Assembly (NCBI GenBank): GCA_020137815.1
Contig: CM035351.1
Span: 1,674,001 to 1,738,000, forward strand
Source of the DNA: Hormiphora californensis
Taxonomy: Eukaryota > Animalia > Ctenophora
Length of the DNA stretch: 64,000 bases
Direction of reading: 5' to 3'
In this document: positions 59,001 through 64,000 of the stretch, one piece after another
Position numbering within the stretch: the stretch's first letter is position 1
Layout of the letters: every line of letters begins with the position of its first letter
The notes under the pieces: model-generated
Seen by the model: only the letters and a program-made list of their open reading frames with translations
Told to the model about the DNA's origin: nothing
The model's database searches: none
Position numbers and translations under genes: made by a program

Positions 59001-62000
59001 AGGGTGAAGCAGCTGAAAGCGAGGATAAAGAAAAGGAACTTGGAGGAACAGAAACGAGAGGAGAGGGTGGAACAGGCTAAAAATGCGTTGTGGGAAGAGC
59101 ACCAGAAACAGGTAATACAGGGAGAATCTAGCAACTGCAATTATTGAAGAGGGTGGCAGGGTGAATAATGACCCTCATTTTACCTGTATCATACCTAGTA
59201 CGATACAAACTACGAATTGTTGCCTTGTACACCCATGTCTCCATGTATTTCTCTAACACCGTACTAGCTGGTTCAGTTTGAACAGTACATGCGGCGACTA
59301 CTCTCCTCCCGGACCTCGACTACCCGGACCCGGAGTTGTAGACCCCGGCCCCCTCCTCCCTCTGCTACCCCGTCCACTATGCGGCCGGACACTGCAGTCT
59401 CGGTGATACTACAACAAGAGGATATCGTGTTGGTCGGGAGGAGCAGCTCGACCGAGGTGGTTGAGCAACCCAGAGTAGCATGGGGAGATGGCAGCATCCC
59501 TGGAAGCATAGAGAGCAGCAGCCCCAGTGGGCACCGTCGCAGGGTTGTATGTCAAGTTCTTTCTACGTGTGTTAAACAATGTCTTTTCAGTGCTTTTGTG
59601 GTCTTGTGGAGTTTGCATATACACGCTAGAGGTTCTTATCATGGAATGTGATTATGTTGTACCGTGATACCATGGAATGTCCTAATTGTTCGATAATTAA
59701 CCATCCTAATCCTACAAAACTTATGATAAGTTAATCCTAATCCCTAATATCCCCGTGTATTTTCAGGTTGTGTCACCCAGATCCTGTGGTACGGTTACTA
59801 CTCGTTCATCTCCAGCTTCACTGCTCCTTGCATCACCCTCGGTATATATCAGTAACCATGGTAACCATTCTAGTTACCTACAGCAGCTGATTTATGTTGC
59901 TGATGACAATTGCATGTTACCATGGTAACCCCATGCGATATATGCTAGCATGTTCTCTCTCAGCACTCAGGGCATGTGTTCATTCTCTCTCTCTAGGCAA
60001 GTTCCAATTTGTCCAGCTATGTGGTTGAGAGAGAAGCAGAAGGTAGTAATGAGGCTACGTCACCACCCCGTAGCCCCCTTGATTGGGACAGGCCCCAGGC
60101 AAGTTGCATCACTCGAGTTAATGCATTGAATGTCATACTTCTTCCAGCACACTGTCCTGCACACATGCTGACCTTTTCTTCACATGCCAACCAATGCAAT
60201 GACCAAACACAACCAAATTGTTAATTCCAGGTTGGCGCAGATCAATATTTTGAGCAGTGTGAAAACCTAACTCCATTTTCTACACCCCGTGCCTTCTCTT
60301 CCACATCATCCCTTGACCGCCTGGAAACCCCTGCAACACCCTCTGACAGGAGTGCGGATCCAATTAACTCAGTCTCCCCTGCTCCCCCTCTTAGTCCGAT
60401 ATTCGCGTGTCGTGAAACACCTCCCGCAGAAACTAACTCAGGACTATTCGCACCACCAGTAAGTAACAGCTGTCTGTCGGAATCAAAACGGGGTCTGGTG
60501 CCGCCAGACAATAGCATAGAGATCACCAGCTGTCTGGCGTGGTTACGAAATACCCTCTCAGGGTAAGGGAGGGGTTTACTTCGTTACCAACTGTCTGGCT
60601 GATCCAGACAGCTGATATACCACCTCATCATCATGATACTAACTGTAAATCCCTCCCTGCCAGTCAGATTCAGCTTTACCGGCCATGTCGATAACCAAGC
60701 TAACAACATCACTTAGTGATGTAGAGCCTATCCCTCCAACACCACCTCCTCCGCCTCCCAAAGAGGAGAAGAAACCTCGAGTGAAGGCCAAGAAAACCAA
60801 GAAGAAGATGGGAGGGAAGAAGAAGCAGCAGCCACCCCCGGAGGAGGAGGTTGTGTCGCTACTAACTGCAGCCGACCAAAATGAGGTGGTCTCAAAGAGA
60901 CAGGTATCACATCACCACCATGATAGTTGTTGAGTATTTAAACAAGGGAATGATAGACCCCATAGTCATAGCTGATAGCAGCAAGAACTTTGTCGAGGCG
61001 GGATCACATCACTGCACAGACAAATCCAACGCAACCGAAAGTTAATTCTGGTTGCGTTGGATTTGTCTTGAAATGTGATTCAGAAAAGCTCCGTTCAGTA
61101 GGGGATTTCCAGACCACAGTCAGACACTACTATACGCGGGATCTACTAAGGGGTAAACTTTCAGGCCCAGCAGCAAATCAAAGAGATATTCACTAGTGCC
61201 AACTCCATGGCTGAAGATGAGCTAACAGAGGAGGCATTCGACATGTTCCTTGATACCATCAAACAACTCTCTGAGTACGTGGATGAGGTTAGTCTCTTTC
61301 TCACAGTAGCTCTGTATGAACAATACAAGGTATGAGTGACACGTGGTTATATTTGGTGAAGCTAATATCTCCGTGAATTACAATTGTTTCGCTAAGTAGG
61401 TAGGGCTCACTGCATTTTCTGTTTCAGACTGCAGTCCGGGTAGACTCTAACAACTTTGAAGTTATCGACGACATTTCCTCTGGATTTTCATCCCGTGCTA
61501 ACGATTTTCTAGGGTCGGAGGAAGGGGCCCTTTCTCCGAACAAAATGTTCTCAAACCCCTTCTCACCAGTAGTCCTGCAGAAAAGCGAACGAGTGGAACG
61601 ACAAATGGTAAATTTTGTCAACTTTAGAATTCTCTATCCTCATGTTATACTCTTTTCAGTCTGAAAATGCGAAGAGACGTCAACTCGCGGAAGAGAGAAG
61701 GGCTCAGCGAATCCTGGTTGTCAGAGAGAAACAGGCAGATATAGTGCGTTATCGGAAAGTAACCATGGCAGAACTGAGACTCCGGAGACAGGTAACTACT
61801 GCGTGGTAACCATGGTAACGCGTGAGTACTAACGCGTGACATTTCAGAGAGCCCTAATGAGGGTTCGGTTGAAGTTAGCGGTTGAATCAAAGGAGCGACA
61901 TGACCTGGAGAAGCAGAGGATAAAGTTGTTTGAGTTGGTTCACCTGAACGAGAAGGAACGAAGGGCAAGGATGGAACAATTCGAAAGGGTATGTGTGGGT

Positions 62001-62672
62001 TAAAGTTGCATAAGATTCGACCTTCGTATACCCATTTTGTTTTGTTTGTTGTTTCGTGTCCATTTCATGTTTCAACGCAGGAGGAGGAAGAAAGGCTGAA
62101 GATGGAGGAGGAGATGAGGAAGATGAAGGAGTTGAGAGTCCAGGACGAACTGGCGAGATTGTTAGAACGCAGCAAACAGAGGCAGGAAGAAGATAGACTG
62201 AGAGCAGAGAGACAATCTCGGTATCGAGGTAAATATCGTATGACCATTTGAAATTAAATGTCCTATAATTTATTGACACGCAACCAAATGTAGATACTTT
62301 GACTCCCCCCCCCTAGATAACCTATTGACACGCAACCAAATGTAGATACTTTGACTCCCCCCCCCAGATAACCTACTAGAGGATGAGGAACCTGATAGTG
62401 CCTCTGAGGAGAGTGAGGGAGGGGATGATGGGACTAAAACACGGCAAGTAGCACACTCCTGGCGTCGCAACGCAAAGAGGCAGCACAACAGGGCTACCTT
62501 TGAGAGCATGCTAAAGAAGAACAGTAAAGTTTTGTATAGGACACTGGTTAAAGAGTTAATTGTGAGCAAGCAGGCTGCTATGGTTTCTGACATCCCCGGG
62601 TTTTCTTATTTCTTGTTATTGAAATATACACTTGATGCTGAGGAAATGCATGACATATTGTGTGATATTTGA
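59001..62672 (+). CDS. Multi-exon uncharacterised coiled-coil / Ser-Pro-rich protein; 5' end not located
   Basis: Phase-consistent exons 59001-59111, 59268-~59546, 59767-59841, 59997-60098 (GC donor), 60231-60458, 60664-60903, 61165-61329, 61428-61607, 61660-61791, 62081-62228, 62380-62672. E/R/K-rich helices and poly-Pro; C-terminal ...SDIPGFSYFLLL. Confidence 0.7.
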
Positions 62673-63286
62673 GAGACATATGATCATCAAGGTCACAAGT
62701 TATAAAGCTTTGAAATGCAGTGTCGAATCAGGTTATCAAGTTGCAGTAATGGTGGGTTGATTATTTGCGTTTTACTGTTGTTCAACAGTTTCTACAGAAC
62801 TCTACAAAATTGATGTATGAACACTGAATCTGTATCTGTATCGGTTTGAAATGAAAACGTTGTTGTTTTTTCCCCAGAATTTGTTTGTTCGTTCTCCATA
62901 ATGATATCCTGTGTTTTATAGCGTTCTATATTTTCTGTATTCACTCACGGTCTAGGTTTGTCTGGTACAACACCCCACAGCTCACACTGCTCACATCCAC
63001 ACGTGTATTTCACGAACACAGCTGTGTTATAATACCACCCACGTTAGATTTACAAAGCGGGGCACTTTCACACTACTACCACAAACGTGCGGCATGTTTT
63101 GTACTAATTTTATTTCACGATTCATTCAACAACAAACTCACTATCTCACGCTCAATTGTAAACTACACGCACTATCACGCAATTATTAAATCTACCTACA
63201 TAGTCCTCATTTTACCACGGAGTCCCGGTATGTCACTAATCACTGCATGTGGTGAAATAGTGGTACAATTTTATCCTAACCACCCC

Positions 63287-63513
63287 GATTACCAAAAAGG
63301 ATCCTCGTGGCTTTTCAGAGATTACCAATATACGGGTTCTCGTGGCAGAAGTTAAGATTACCAAACAGGGTTCTCGTGGCTTTTCAGAGATTACCAATAT
63401 ACGGGTTCACGTGGCAGAAGTTAAGATTACCAAACAGGGTTCTCGTGGCTTTTCAGAGATTACCAATATACGGGTTCACGTGGCAGAAGTTAAGATTACC
63501 AAACAGGGTTCTC
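63287..63513. repeat. ~3.3 x 69-bp dimeric tandem repeat overlapping the lectin stop codon and 3' UTR
   Basis: GATTACCAAA recurs at 63287, 63356, 63425 and 63494; each unit consists of two related 33/36-bp halves. Confidence 0.9.
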
Positions 63514-63924
63514 GCATACAAAGTTGCTCTTTACTACGAACTCGTACTGTGGGGCACCCCTGTCTATCCACTTTCCATGTCTCCAGGGTCTCTGGGGGTC
63601 GTAAATTATCTGGACGTAGGAGGCACCGGGCTTCATTCGGTCCGTCTGCAAATGAGAAAAAGAAGGTAGTGAAGGATGAAAAACGTTAACGCATTATTTA
63701 GTGATCCCGGCATGATCTGAGCTACTCTGTGTAGCACCCCCTGATCATGTATCACCTGACACCCTAGCCCATCTAGATCACGTACCATGTTATCAGGTTC
63801 AGGTCTAGATACCCTCCCAAACTTCCTCAGATACCAGTTGGTAAAGGGTGTTATGGTGTTATCACCTAGGCAACGATACACCCCATCCTCATCGACATCA
63901 ACCACACCCAACCACGAGTTACCT
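63496..63924 (-). CDS. Last two exons of a C-type lectin domain protein (gene continues beyond the window)
   Basis: Exon 63924-63786 (SWLGVVDVDEDGVY..FTNW..EPDNM) joins exon 63645-63496 (..GKWIDR..NFVCENPVW*). Confidence 0.82.
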
Positions 63925-64000
63925 CTGTAATGGGGGAGGGGGTTATAGAACATGGAGAGAGGGACTAATAAACAGGGATCATTGTGAACTAGAGAGTCAG

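Noticed and set aside
63287-63513. CRISPR-like array
   Set aside because: The intervening sequences repeat rather than being unique spacers, the context is eukaryotic, and there are no cas genes.

Overview
This is eukaryotic (animal) genomic DNA with short GT-AG introns, many (GA)n microsatellites and many MITEs. A 109-bp MITE at 6601-6709 matches a repeat I recall from Pleurobrachia-type ctenophores, so the taxon assignment is an inference. Hand-spliced genes, in order: (1) a minus-strand C2 + degenerate RhoGEF(DH) gene (<1-9481); (2) a plus-strand cell-surface receptor locus (10347-23097) with two LamG/pentraxin-CCP-Ig(n) ectodomain modules, each followed by its own TM and tyrosine-motif tail, but only one signal-peptide exon; (3) a minus-strand transmembrane semaphorin (24566-52607); (4) a CYP46-like cytochrome P450 with an atypical I-helix (54505-56336); (5) a coiled-coil/Pro-rich gene (59001-62672); (6) the 3' end of a C-type lectin gene. 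The middle of the semaphorin is inflated by a haplotype duplication and about 11 kb of low-quality, homopolymer-expanded sequence (about 33600-45050) that contains a polymorphic foldback element. The best candidate for a novel system is the receptor locus. Its intron phases allow one gene to make a short receptor with an approximately 1100-aa YDx(V/I/L)/ITIM-like tail, or a double-length, furin-cleavable receptor with a tail of eight YxN (Grb2-type) motifs. All gene models were spliced by eye; no database searches were run.
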